Positions 1 to 11,757 of a stretch of DNA of 64,000 nt are shown in pieces. The notes beneath the pieces are model-generated. The model ran no database searches, had not been told where the DNA came from, and worked only from the letters and a program-made list of their open reading frames with translations. A program made the translations under genes and the position numbers. How positions within the stretch are numbered: position 1 is the first letter of the stretch; every line of letters begins with the position of its first letter. Origin of the DNA: Octopus sinensis (lineage: Eukaryota); contig NC_043015.1 in NCBI RefSeq assembly GCF_006345805.1, positions 48,918,001-48,982,000 of the forward strand, read 5' to 3'.

Positions 1-91
1 AGCAAAAAGGTTTACGATTTTCTTGTGGTGCCCTCATGTCTGTCAAAGAAACTGCAGCAAATTCATCAACTTGTGTAACAGCAGGAAGGGT
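1..91 (-). CDS. SLC16A10: Probable coding exon 5 (cytoplasmic C-tail), truncated by the window edge
   Basis: Strong acceptor TTCTTATTTTTCTTTACAG| at 92/91, followed by an open phase-0 frame TLPAVTQVDEFAAVSLTDMRAPQENRKPFC. The tail sequence is not conserved, so support is the splice site and phase only. Confidence 0.68.
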
Positions 92-1072
92 CTGTAAAGA
101 AAAATAAGAATTACAGTTCAATTGATATATTTCGAACAAAAAAAAAAAATCAGTTTTTACATGGACTAACGATAATTAAATCAATGAGGTTTATTTTACA
201 TATTCAAAAAAAATATTTGCTAAAAAATATTCTAAATAAATCCCTTTTCTTCTCCCTTTTAAGCCTTGAGAATGTGAGTGCATGTGTGAATCTTTTGATC
301 TGAAAAAAAGCAAGATTATTTTAAAAGTGCAAAACATGATTTTCTTTTTGTCTCCAAATATATTAAACAAAAGTTACTCCAGATTGTCATCAGTTTTCAC
401 AACCCTGTTTCATCAAATTGTTAACCAATTCCTGCCTCAAATTAATATTGGTGACAATTATCGGTAAAAATTGGTTGGTTTAGGACTGTGATGACAAACA
501 TGTAATGAACTTTGGAAAAAAAAGAGGAAAAAAATACAAATATTAGGTTATAAAAAGCTTATCAATAAATATTGACGTAAAAGTAAAGTACATGCATACA
601 TGTATATAATACTCCAATATTTGGATTATCAAAGAAATGTTTGATATGCTGGACTAAAATCTTTGCCATCATTTATCTAAATCTACACCATCTAGTTTGT
701 TAGTTACAATATATCCATTCACATGTGAATATATTTTTGCTTTAACTTAAACTAGATGCATCACATTATCATCTTTTAACAGGAACCCAATCAACAGTTT
801 ACTTTCGACTCTCAACTAGAATGGTTTCAAATAGATTAATAATTCCCTTCAGAAAAAAAAACATGACTGTCACAAGTTTTTTTGGCATGAATGTGATTTC
901 ATGCGTTATTCCAGTAATGATATTAAATATCTATAAAAAAACAAAACAAAAACAAACAGAACTGGTATTTCTTAACAGAAAATATTTCTAAACATGGCAT
1001 TCCTCAACAAAGACAGATAAGTATAGAAAAACTGCTTTCTGCAATTAAGGGCAATGAAATTTTGAGTAGATA

Positions 1073-1565
1073 CCATAAATCCTTGAGTATAATACGCAGG
1101 GGATTTTTAGGGGGCTATACCTCTGAAAAACCTAAACCATGTGTATAATACGCACCCCTTCTCTAACTTGAGTCAAAGAGGTCTATATAACGTCCTTGGT
1201 TTGTAAAAATGTATACGGTAATGTCCTTTATTATCATTGTATAAATAACAATGCAAATGTGTAGCATTTTTGAGCATTTTGTTTGAAGAAAATAAAGAAA
1301 TAACAGTAATAATGTTTAATAAATGTTGCTTACTGCAAGTTATGGATGATTCTTTTATGACTTCATTGCATTCAAGCTTAGCTTAAGGTATTTTTGCGTC
1401 CGACATCACAAAATGCATATGAATAAACATTGCTGGACAGCAAATTGGGACTCGGACATTGCTTAGAAAATATTTTTCATTTTTAACCTCATGTATAATA
1501 CGCATTAGGGATTTTGACCTCTAAATTTTTGGAAAAAAAATACGGATTATACTTGAGGATTTACA
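1073..1565. mobile_element. Tc2/pogo-like MITE
   Basis: TA-CC(A/G)TAAATCCT(T/C)GAGTATA ... TTATACTTGAGGATTTAC; same family as 11758-12243. Confidence 0.75.
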
Positions 1566-1965
1566 TCTGATTTCTGTAGTCGAATCAATATCCAGGGCTT
1601 CATCACTCCTGAAGGAGGAAGCCTTCCACCACTGTTTGTCTCTGGCTAGTTGTAGCCATGTAGGGTCCAGGTAATCGGTAAGATCATCTTGCCATCTTGT
1701 CTTTGGTCAGTCTCTTGAACTTGTCCATTGTCTTGGCGTCCATTCCATCTGTTGACCTTTAGTCAAAGAGGTAAAGAATAATGGTGACAAAAGACAGAAA
1801 TCAAGAGAAGAATAGCGCTTGGTTGGGCAGCCCTTTGAGAAGGTGGTAAACCTCATGAAAAGTCTCAAGGTTTCCATGAAAGAACTTCGAAGAGTACATC
1901 CTACTAGCGGTGAAACATGGGCCCTCAACACTACCATCATGAATGCCCTCATTGTAACCCAATCT
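1566..1965. mobile_element. Second-family RTE 3' fragment with inverted upstream segment
   Basis: Minus 1770->1580 reads MEWTPRQWTSSRD*PKTRWQDDLTDYLDPTWLQLARDKQWWKA (RTE C-terminus); plus 1800-1960 reads ...FEKVVNLMKSLKVSMKELRRVHPTSGETWALNTTIMNALIVTQ (preceding RTE segment). Confidence 0.7.
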
Positions 1966-1971
1966 TACAAA

Positions 1972-2106
1972 CAATAACTCTGAGCACCTTTTCGGACTCC
2001 ACCCGTGGACATATTTACAAAGTCAGAAAACAGCACAGCTCCCATCAGTTGTTAGTTGTCGGAGCACTGCATCCTTCAAAACTTCCATGGTTCCTGAGAT
2101 TCGCCA
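1972..2106 (+). mobile_element. Internally deleted fragment of the same CR1 family as 16683-17127
   Basis: Blocks ACCCGTGGACATATTTACAAAGT..AGAAAACAGCACAGCTCCCAT and GTTAGTTGTCGGAGCACTGCATCCTTCAA match 16808-16975. Confidence 0.75.
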
Positions 2107-4021
2107 AGGATCCTCAGGGGTTACATGAACTCCGACTGAGAACCAGTGTTCTAAGCTGTTTTCACAACTATTCCATGTTTGAGATTTACTTTATTTTCTT
2201 TAAAATACCACTTGGCACTTCTAAGTTTGTTTGTAAAAAATATTCTCGTATAAAAAATTAATTTGGAAAAAATCTTATTAAAAGACAAACTTCATTCAGT
2301 TGGAACTGATTGTAATTAAAAAATGGAATTACAAATTGTAGGCTGTTGGGAAAAAAAAATGAAATCAAATGAATTGAGTGATGCTAAAGAAATCTTAGAA
2401 TCTAAAATTTTTCCAAAAATATTCCTGAAATAATCAGAAGAAATTGAAATTATAATTGAAAGTAGTTTTTCATCAAATTATTCAAGGTATAACCACAGTT
2501 TTCTCTCATCTCTGAGATGAAGCAATCAAATTATATAATTAATTAAGAATCAGAAACATTCATATTATTTATTACGAAGAAGGTAAGGTGTTTAAGTCTA
2601 CAAAACTATCATGCAAACAACATATATAAAACAAAATATACATGAAGGAAGAGGAAAAAAAAAACATTTGACTTGGTGGTGGTAGCGGTAGTGGCAAAGA
2701 AAATTAAAAAGCATAAAAAATAAAATGTACAAAAACATTTGATGAAATAAGTTTTAGGTGGATCAAATATGAATTGGATCACAAGAAATCTACCAAATAC
2801 AGAACTAAATGTCTAAACTGAAATATGTATTGGTAAGGGAATAATTAATACCGTCAGGAAATTCCAATTAAATACGATTCAAATACCTTTTTTCTGGAAC
2901 AAAAAAAGAAGAATCTATTGCCATTATTAAAAAAAATGAGTAAAATCTGAAAGTTTTCTAGGAAAATTTTTCTTGGATTTAATTTAAGAAAGAAGAAAGA
3001 AAAAAGAAACCACACTTGATTTTAAAACTTCATCTATGTTAAAAATTATATTCATGCTAAGTATTGGGAAAATGGAAATGATTTAAGTTAATATTTTTCA
3101 TAAAAGATAATTAGTGTTAATTAAAGTCAAACTATTTAACTTGTTCTTCACTAGTCTGTGTAATTGAATCTGCTTATGGGATCAAAGTGAACGTAGTCTG
3201 GTTACAAACTTTGGTGCTTAACTCTTAGGATACAACAGGGACAATCTATTGGCCGAACGACTGATCCAATCCATCAGCCCAATAATACAAGCCTTGAGAT
3301 TAATTGGTTGGTCTTCTTACATCTACTGGTTTTCAAAAATAGAAATATTATTACTTCTAAGTCTCTCTAAAGGAGACTACGGCAGTGGTACTGGATATTA
3401 ACAATTATCGCCAAGTTATAATGGACACAGGTTCATGTGTCACATAGCTAGCTAGAGGCGATGGCCTCTTGGAGCTAATCAACAGCAGCATTTGTCCTAT
3501 ATTTCTGGACTGCCATATTAGCTTGGCAATAACTATTAATGTCCAGTACCTATTTCTTTACTACCCACAAGGGGCTTAACACAAAGAGAACAAACAAGGT
3601 CAGACAAACGGATTAAGTCGATTTTATCGACCCCAGTGCGTAACTGGTACTTATTTAATCGACCCCGAATGGATGAAAGGCAAAGTCGACCTCGGCGGAA
3701 TTTGAACTCAGAACGTAGTGGCAGACAAAATACCGCTAAGCATTTCACCCGGCGTGCTAACGATTCTGCCAGCTTGCCGCCTTTGATTAATATCCAATTC
3801 CACTGACCGTAGTCTCCTTTAGAGAAACTCAGGAATTTTAATATTTCTAAATTTCATAAGTTTTCCATGAATAACATTAAATATCTACCAAAAAATAAGA
3901 ATTGGTATTTTTTGCAAGTTACATTTGTCTTAATGTATCTCAATAGAAAATAGTTTCAAACATGACACTCCTCAACAAAACATAGATTTGCTATAAAAAA
4001 AACCCTGCTTTCTGCAATTAA

Positions 4022-4720
4022 TCCTTTCATATTTAAACCGGCCAAATCTGCTCAAAATAGTTTGTGTTTTATATTCAAAGCAACCAGATTGGATCTCTCA
4101 CACCTACTCTACAATGTCATTTGGAAAATATATTAGGTTGCCCAGAAAGTTCGTGCCGATTTTTAAAGGAAAGAAAAAGGTCAATAAATATTTGCCATTA
4201 CATTTTTAATCAACCAAATATGAACCATTTTGTTGCACAATGCATCTCCATCTTTCCTTTAACCATTTTTACCATTAAGAATATTCTGCAGAGACCTGAA
4301 TAAGTGGAAATCCGAAGGAGCAATATCTGGTGAATACGGAGGGTGGGGTAACACATCCCAGCCAAGCTGCAGCAATTTTTGTCTGGTTCCCAAAGCATCA
4401 AGTGCCAAAAATGAACTTTCTTATCTTCCATTTTAAATGTTACAGAATTAACACAGGTTATAAGAACATAAACCTTCTTCCACGAAAAGATAGCTTAAAC
4501 TGTGCTCTGAATGGAGGTGTAGTCAAATCCTATTTTATGAACTCAACCATGTTCTAAAATAAGTCGAAAGGTAAGCTGGTATAAATTGGCATGAACTTTC
4601 CGGACAACCCAATACAATCACATCATCAAAATCTCAAAAGGTACAGCATAATGCCTAATTAATTCAAAACAATGTCAATAAATAAGAATTCTAATACAAT
4701 TTAATCTAAATGCTAAAGGG
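4022..4720. mobile_element. piggyBac-like TTAA MITE (family 1), interrupted by mariner
   Basis: TTAA..CCTTT / AAAGGG-TTAA ends; homologous to the uninterrupted copy at 9293-9512; an empty paralogous site exists at about 1047. Confidence 0.8.
4133..4612 (-). mobile_element. Non-autonomous mariner (internal deletion), nested in a piggyBac-like MITE
   Basis: TA flanks; TIRs TTAGGTTGCCCAGAAAGTTCGTGCCG / CATGAACTTTCCGGACAACCCAA; same family as 15080-15644. Confidence 0.88.
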
Positions 4721-5237
4721 TTAAGGCTAATAAGATTTTGAGTGGCTATATCTGATTTTTGAAGTAAATAGGGACAATGAAGACAAAACAGATTTAAGGG
4801 CTTGGTTTCACAGTAACACGAAAACAATAGTTTATGTGAGTTAGAGCTACAAATATGATTAATAAATAATTCAAGATATCTAATGGTGGAGTGAGAGAAA
4901 AGTGACTTCAAAAATTATCAACAACAAACATCATCCCTTCTGATAAAGGTCTGTTGTTTAATACTATTGTAGTTCTTTTATCTCTGTATAAATACTTTAA
5001 AGTGACACATCCACAAAACCTGTTCTATGTGTCATCCTTCTCACTAGAAAACAAGAAGAATACAGCAAATGCTTACACTGAAAAGAGCACTTTTCAAATT
5101 CAATAACTGAAGAACTTAAAAAAAAAAATTAGATATCTACAAGTTTTACTTCTGCTCCTGATTAACAATTTGGTTTAAATTATTGCTTTTACATTATTTA
5201 CATTTGACGGATATTTGTCCTCATCATGTTTGTTGTT

Positions 5238-5283
5238 AACACAACGTTTCGGCTGATATACTCTCTAGCTTTCATCAGGTGTC
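5238..5283 (-). ncRNA. Minimal type I hammerhead ribozyme (Penelope-associated), probably decayed
   Basis: Minus strand reads GACAC-CUGAUGA-A-AGCU(AGAGAGUAUAUC)AGCC-GAAA-CG-UU-GUGUU: stem I GACAC/GUGUU, canonical core, stem III reduced to the palindrome AACGUU; stem II closing pair mismatched (A.C). Confidence 0.72.
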
Positions 5284-6756
5284 TTGGGGAAATAAGATAT
5301 CTCGTTATCACAGTGTGTTAAAATGAATATTAATTAAATATTTAATAATAATAAAAATAACAACAGCCAACAACATCTTGTTTGTTTGTGAGGGGAATCA
5401 GTCTGTAATTGAGATTTGTATAAAATAACTTTCTACAAAACTGATACAGCATGCACAAAATTAAGCCAGTGAAAATGATAACACAAACTACACTAATCAA
5501 CAAAGTGATTTACATACATTAGCTTGGATTTCCAGATTAGGTAATCGATCTGATTGCTGTTTGGAGAAAGAAAGTATATACAGTTTATTCTGATGACAAC
5601 CAAAAATGCATGTAAGATTGGTTCAGTGTCCAGGAGCATGCAGGAGAATATTTTGGTCATCTTTGTATATAATTTAAAACATCTCTGGTCAAGTGAGTCT
5701 CTTAGTAGGGTTATGGGATACTGTGCTTGTTCATGTAAGTCATTACAAAAGAAAAAAAAAATACAGCAGTTGATTGCATCTCTAGCACATACACACAAAC
5801 ACACACACATATATATATACACACGTAAATTTATATTTAATGTAGGATAAAATTTTTTCGAAAAAAAATTTTATCAATGGCCAGCATATTAAAAAATACC
5901 TTTAAAGGTTAGAATTATAAACAACTTATAAATAAGGGCAAACGAAAAAATTTCTAATGCCAAATATGCCGAAAATTGGACATATTGTCCATTACCATAT
6001 AATTTTTCACAATACGCATGCTACTCGAAAAAAAGCCGACAGAAATTTCTAAAAAATTCCATTATTACCACATCGGACCGATTTCAGGGTTAGTTCGTAA
6101 GAACCCTCCCTTTGTCAGTGATAAATGTGGTAAAGAAATAAATGAGATACTTATAAGTTGTATATACACATATATATACAAATACACACAACTACATATG
6201 AAAATTCAATGATTTTTCGGTTTGGATTTTAATGAAAATTTATTATGGCAGTAAAATATTTTAATTAATGTATTTTTAAATATACTCTTTGCCTCATACA
6301 ACTTCCTGTTAATTTCTAGGTCCTGGAACCTTGAAAAATTGAAAAATGCTCATTATTTTATTAATACAAAAAAGTAACTTTCGACCATTTACAGAATGGA
6401 AACACACACATTCATTCTCTCAAAATATACATCCATATATTTCTCTCTCTCACACACACTTATGAATAAATTGTAAATAAGTTCCCATTTATGAATTTGA
6501 TACACAGAGTCTATGATTAAACCATTTGCTTTCTTTCTCTAGGGTCAAATCTGAGAATAGCTCAAATGTTTTCAACTGGACGTTGCCATCACAACAGGAT
6601 TATGAATTCATATTTGTCCTACAAAAAGGAGGAAGCAGTCATGGACTATTTATAAAAAAATACTCAAGTAACAGTTGCTGATTTTACTAATTTGCATATA
6701 AGCACATTTACTTGCAGAACATACAGGAAAAATAAAATATAAAAGACTACACTTAC

Positions 6757-6863
6757 CTGAGTTATTTTCGGTATGAAGAACATAATGAGCGATCCTAAAA
6801 TGGGGGTGGTGCCAGCGATATGAAATGCAATGTTGTAATTCCTCATTTTATCATATAAAAAGC
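6757..6863 (-). CDS. SLC16A10: MCT10/MCT8-group transporter, coding exon 4 (107 nt)
   Basis: Acceptor TCTTCAG|GC at 6864/6863 gives G+GC = Gly, then FLYDKMRNYNIAFHIAGTTPILGSLIMFFIPKITQ (TM12); donor CAG|GTAAGT at 6757/6756, phase 0. Confidence 0.92.
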
Positions 6864-7128
6864 CTGAAGACAGAGGAAAATAAGCGGTTAATTATTCTAG
6901 AAAGTTTGTTTAGTTGCAGAATTGCATTTAAGAAAATAATGTCCCCACCTTCTCCATGTCAACTAATTATATTCTTCAAACGTCCCAAATCATCTTCAAA
7001 CTGTTACACTTTATGATCAATAAATACCAAGTCTTTCGTCAGAAAAATATCTGATGAATGATCATAATCTTTTTCTACTCTAGGCACAAGGCCCAAAATT
7101 TTTGGGGAGGAGGCCAGTCGATTAGATT

Positions 7129-7162
<34 letters not shown>

Positions 7163-7164
<2 letters not shown>

Positions 7165-7604
7165 GTTGAGGCAAGTGAAAATCAAAATCGATCAACATCA
7201 ATGGAAATTGTGGCTGTGATACCAGTGCCGGTGGCACATAAGAGAACCATCCGAACGTGGCCGTTGCCAGCGCCACCCCGACTGGCCTCCGTGCCGATGG
7301 CATGTAAAAAGCACCGTCCGATTGTGGCCATTGCCAGTCTCATCTAGACCCCGTGCCAGTGACATGTAAAAAGCACCATCCGATCGTGGCCATTTGCCAG
7401 CCTCGTCTGGCACCTGTGCAGGTGGCACGTAAAAAGCACCCACTACACTCACGGAGTGGTTGGCGTTAGGAAGGGCATCCAGCTGTAGAAACACTGCCAG
7501 ATCAGACTGGGCCTGGCGCAGCCTACTGGCTTCCCAGACCCCAGTTGAACCGTCCAATCCAAGCTAGCATGGAAAACAGATGTTAAACGATGATGATGAT
7601 GATG

Positions 7605-7612
<8 letters not shown>
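7163..7612 (+). mobile_element. RTE 3'UTR/tail copy inserted in (TA)n
   Basis: Shares the GTGGCACGTAAAAAGCACC modules and the GGAAGGGCATCCAGCTGTAGAAA...GTTAAACGATGAT tail with 28500-28791; (TA)n on both sides. Confidence 0.85.
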
Positions 7613-7665
<53 letters not shown>

Positions 7666-7668
<3 letters not shown>

Positions 7669-8051
7669 TAGCAGTATCGCCCGCGTTGCTCAGGTTTGTA
7701 AGGGAAATAACTATAAAGCATTTTTAGAGAGTTATAGCCAAAAAATAGCAAAAAAATGGAAAAAAAATTATGGTAAATTTTTTTTGAGAGTTAAAAAAGG
7801 TGGAGGTGCGTCCCCTAGACGGTCTGTGGTTTGGGTTTCTGATTCTCGACCCCATGTCGAATTTATCGATTTTTTTCAGAACTGGGGGAACTTTTCAAAA
7901 TTTTCGCTGTGTTAGTTTTGAATTATGACATTGGGCTATGTGTGTGTCAAGTTTCATCAGAATCGGTTGAAAGCCGTGGTCAGGGTGAGGGTACGAGAAA
8001 ACAGACACACAGAAAACGCACAGACAAACTGCCGTTTATATATAGAGAGAT
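7666..8051 (+). mobile_element. DINE-1/Helentron-associated non-autonomous element
   Basis: Starts TACTAGCAGTATCGCCCGCGTTGCTC and ends CAGACAAACTGCCGTTTATATATAGAGAGAT, the architecture of DINE-1-like elements. Confidence 0.62.
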
Positions 8052-8272
8052 AAGTCAATAACACTATAAAATGGTCAAAAATTTTTCCACAGGAACTTAG
8101 TTCAATTTGAAAAATCCACCAGAATGGACAAAAGTGCTAATATATGATATAAGTTTATATGATGTATAAAAAGATGTAATATACAAATAAATATCTGTAA
8201 ATATAAAACCATCCGAATTTCTGAGTACCTCATTTCTTCTAATATAAAATACCTGTACATCATCTCCAAACC

Positions 8273-8314
<42 letters not shown>

Positions 8315-8626
8315 TCTTTTCTTTTTTGTTTTTGGCAATAAGTTGGTGTTTGCCAAATACTTTAACCACACAGTCACAGTAAAATTGCATAATTCTCTTT
8401 CTATTTTACTAAAATATATATTTTTGTTGTATAGCCATAGATTAACTCTGATCAAGCAGACCTATGATCAAAGGCAATCCATCTGTGACCATTCCAGTTA
8501 TTTTTTCAGGCAGTGTTTTACAATATCCAATCTGTTGTCTTTTTATTTCTAACAGTAAAGCATCGAGGGAGATTTGGTTGCTATTTCCTGTAGGTCAAGT
8601 GACCACATAGAGGTTGTTAACTTTAC

Positions 8627-8978
8627 CATCATCATCGTTTAACGTCCGCTTTCCATGCTAGCATGGGTTGGACGATTTTGACTGAGGGCTGGCGAACCAG
8701 ATGGCTGCACCAGGCTCCAATCTTGATCTGGCAGAGTTTCTACAGCTGGATGCCCTTCCTAATACCAACCACTCCAAGAGTGTAGTGGGTGCTTTTTACA
8801 TGCCACCAGCATGAGGCCAGTCAGGTGGTACTGGCAATGACCTCGCTCAAATCTTTTTACATGTGCCAGTGAAGCGATGTTGGTAACGATCATGCTCGAA
8901 TGGTGCCCTTTTACGTGCCATGGGTAAGAAGCCAGTTGGCTGCTCTGGCAATGATCATGCTCAGATGGTGCTCTTTAC
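8627..8978 (-). mobile_element. RTE 3' tail copy
   Basis: Reverse complement of the same tail, starting with (CAT)n GTTTAACGTCCGCTTTCCATGCTAGCATGGG. Confidence 0.8.
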
Positions 8979-9292
8979 CATATTTCATTTAATATAGAAA
9001 TAGAGAACACTAAGGGCAACAGTAACATTAAAAATGAGGAGACAGAGCAATGCAGAGAATAAATGGTTGACATGATCAGATGATAAAAACAGAGGTTTGT
9101 TAAATGATTTATTCCAAGGCTTTCAAATGGCTTTGTAGCAGGAATATCTGGCAGTCTCAAACACCAAGTCACTGCCTAGAAATTGAATCTGGATCACTAT
9201 CTGATGCAAAAGCAACACAGACATGATTTACTGAATTATTGAGGACAACAGCAAAAACCCCTTAAACTTCTTGCAAAACAGGATCTCATAAA

Positions 9293-9512
9293 CCCTTTAG
9301 TATTTAAACCGGCCATTTCCGGCCCAAATATTCTACTTGTTTTATGTTCAGGCTGGCCATATTCAGCCTTTCACACCTATCCTACAATGTCATTCTAAAA
9401 ATAAGCAACCACATTATCAAAATCTTAAAGCTACAAGATAATGCATGATTACTTCAAAACAGTGGGAATCAAAAAGCATTAAATTTGATGGAGTACTCTG
9501 AATATTAAAGGG
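9293..9512. mobile_element. piggyBac-like TTAA MITE (family 1)
   Basis: CCCTTTAG(T/C)ATTTAAACCGGCC ... AAAGGG-TTAA. Confidence 0.78.
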
Positions 9513-9668
9513 TTAACAATTAGATATTTTGGTGCTGTTTTCTCTTTGAAAGAAATAGCTATAAATAAAACTGTCTCTCTGCTATCTGCCAGTAGTGGTG
9601 CACACTTTAAATCAGTCAGCTGTGAGTAGTGTCTACAAGTCAACCAAGAAACACACAATGACAGTTAA

Positions 9669-9886
9669 ACCTTTCGTTACCATATTTATTTTGAGATGCT
9701 CTGTGTTTCATTCAATTAATTTTAAATATAACAAAGAATTTAATAAAAGAACTTAGTTATCATTAAGCTAGTGTTGGGAACATAAATTGTGACTAAGGTT
9801 TGGTGGAAGATTTTAATTCAAAACTTATGAAAACAAGACATTTGTACTACAGAGCTGTGGTTTTGGCTGAGTTGGTATCAAAAGGG
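9669..9886. mobile_element. piggyBac-like TTAA MITE (family 2)
   Basis: TTAA-ACCTTTCGTTACC ... AAAAGGG-TTAA; paralog at 37095-37316. Confidence 0.78.
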
Positions 9887-9990
9887 TTAATATTATTGCT
9901 GATCCAACAGTGTCTTATAAAAAGCTTTGACCTGTCTAACTCAGTTTAGACATCTTTTTTGTTGATGGTAGGAACAACAATACATTGTTT

Positions 9991-10309
9991 TTTTCGTTTT
10001 TGGATTTGGTTTGCAAGATTCCTTATACGAGTTCGTGTGTTGAAGCATATTCTGTTGTGTCTGGGGAGAGTCATTCTCTTTTAGTACCTTATTATTTAAC
10101 ACACTCACCGGTAAAATTTCCACTTATTTCGTCTTTTTATTTTCCTAAAATTTTCATTGCATCTTGTAACCTTTTCAAAGAGAGTCAAGATTATTGAAAA
10201 GGTTGCAAGATGCAACGAAAATAAAAAGACGAAATAAATGGAAATTTTACCGGTGAGTGTGTTAAATAATAAGGTACTAAAAGAGAATGACTCTCCCCAG
10301 ACACAACAG
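9991..10309 (-). mobile_element. Fold-back insertion with 12-bp TSD, Penelope-like, hammerhead-like motif at the junction
   Basis: TSD AATACATTGTTT at 9979-90 and 10310-21; inverted arms 10048-10178 / 10194-10313; unpaired tail of about 57 bp at the left. Confidence 0.72.
10180..10227 (+). ncRNA. Candidate non-canonical hammerhead core (U3:A8), incomplete in each arm
   Basis: AGAUUA-UUGAAAA-G-GUUGC(AAGAU)GCAAC-GAAA on plus; the missing 3' part (AUUU-UAGG) survives in the opposite arm. Confidence 0.45.
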
Positions 10310-10524
10310 AATACATTGTTTTGTTTAATGATAAAAATAAATATTTTTGCATTTAAAATCTCAAATGAAACTCAGGTTCTTGCATTCATCAACATCAAAA
10401 CAACTCGATACCAAATTGCTTTGCTGTTGACAACCCAAATCAGTGAACATCTTATTGTTACACGTTAAACATTTTTTCATAGAATGAAAATTCAAAACTG
10501 AGATAAAATTAGATGTCAACTTAC

Positions 10525-10891
10525 CAGCCACTGGGGGTCCACACATCAAAGGGACAGAAAAGAGTCCTAATAGGAAACCAATTGCTTGTGATGCTTTCGA
10601 TGGGCCAACTATATCAAAGGCTATGGGTCCCAACAAACAGATAAAGATACCATCAAAAATTCCCATACACAAACAAGCACCAATTAACCAATAGAATGAT
10701 GGTAAAAATGGTATCAACATTGTGACAGTACCAAAACCGAAAAATGCCATTTGCTGTAGGCGAATTCTGCTGATGTTAGGGTGGTCGGCTAGTTTTCCAA
10801 ATACGAGACGGCTGATACCCGAGGTGATATGTATAGACATCAATATGAATGGAGCTTTCTCAACCGAAAAAAGATCTTGGGTATGTTTTAT
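10525..10891 (-). CDS. SLC16A10: MCT10/MCT8-group transporter, coding exon 3 (367 nt)
   Basis: Acceptor TTTCAG|ATA at 10892/10891, phase 0; IKHTQDLF...GISRLVFGKLADH...FDGIFICLLGPIAFDIVGPSKASQAIGFLLGLFSVPLMCGPPVA; donor G|GTAAGT at 10525/10524, phase 1. Confidence 0.95.
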
Positions 10892-10933
10892 CTGAAACAA
10901 ATGAAAAATTTATTTAGTATCATCATCATCATC

Positions 10934-11105
10934 AGGCGCAGGAGTGGCTGTGTGGTAAGTAGCTTGCTAAACAACCACATGGTTCCGGGTTCAGTCCCAC
11001 TGCGTGGCATCTTGGGCAAGTGTCTTCTGCTATAGCCCCGGGCCGACCAATGCCTTTTGAGTGGATTTGGTAGACGGAAACTGAAAGAAGCCTGTCGTAT
11101 ATATG

Positions 11106-11136
<31 letters not shown>

Positions 11137-11346
11137 TTGTGTGTCTGTGTTTGTCCCCCTAGCATTGCCTGACAACCGATGCTGGTATGTTTACGTCCCC
11201 GTCACTTAGCGGTTCGGCAAAAGAGACCGATAGAATAAGTACTGGGCTTACAAAGAATAAGTTCCGGGGTCGATTTGCTCGACTAAAGGCAGTGCTCCAG
11301 CATGGCCGCAGTCAAATGACTGAAACAAGTAAAAGAGTAAAGAGAG
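10934..11346 (+). mobile_element. tRNA-derived SINE family A
   Basis: Head GGCGCAGGAGTGGCTGTGTGG (A box)...GGTTCAGTCCC (B box), core TTGGGCAAGTGTCTTC, central (TA/TG)n, tail ending GTAAAAGAG; about 40 nt from the exon 3 acceptor. Confidence 0.85.
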
Positions 11347-11720
11347 TATCATCATCATTTAATGTCTGTTGTCCATGCTGGCATGGGTTGGACAGTTTGA
11401 CCAGAGCTGGCAAGCTAGGGAGCTGCACCAGACCCCAGTCTGATTTAGCATAGTTTCTACAGCTGGATGCCCTTCCTAATGTCAACCAATCCGAGAGTGT
11501 AACGGGTGCTTTTTACATGCCACTGGCACCGGTGCCAGTTGTGTGACACCAGTATCTGCCACAACTATAGTTTCACTTGGCTTGATGGGTCTTCCTCTCA
11601 AGAATGACATATTGCCAAAGGTCCCGGGTCATTTGTCATTGCCTCCGTGAGGCCCAATGCTTGAAAGGTGCTTTTTATGTGCCACCAGCACAGGTGCCAG
11701 CTACATGACACCAGATTCAG
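11347..11720 (-). mobile_element. RTE 3' tail copy
   Basis: Same tail, (CAT)n...CTACAGCTGGATGCCCTTCCTAA..., diverged. Confidence 0.75.
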
Positions 11721-11757
11721 CCACAACCACCATTTCATGAAGAAATTTTTTAAAATA

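Noticed and set aside
5493-5850. Overlapping ORFs as a possible last exon
   Set aside because: No transporter similarity or convincing in-phase acceptor; the acceptor at 92/91 is much better.
10934-11010. tRNA genes at SINE heads
   Set aside because: A and B boxes are present, but they run into SINE bodies and lack a full cloverleaf; counted as SINEs.
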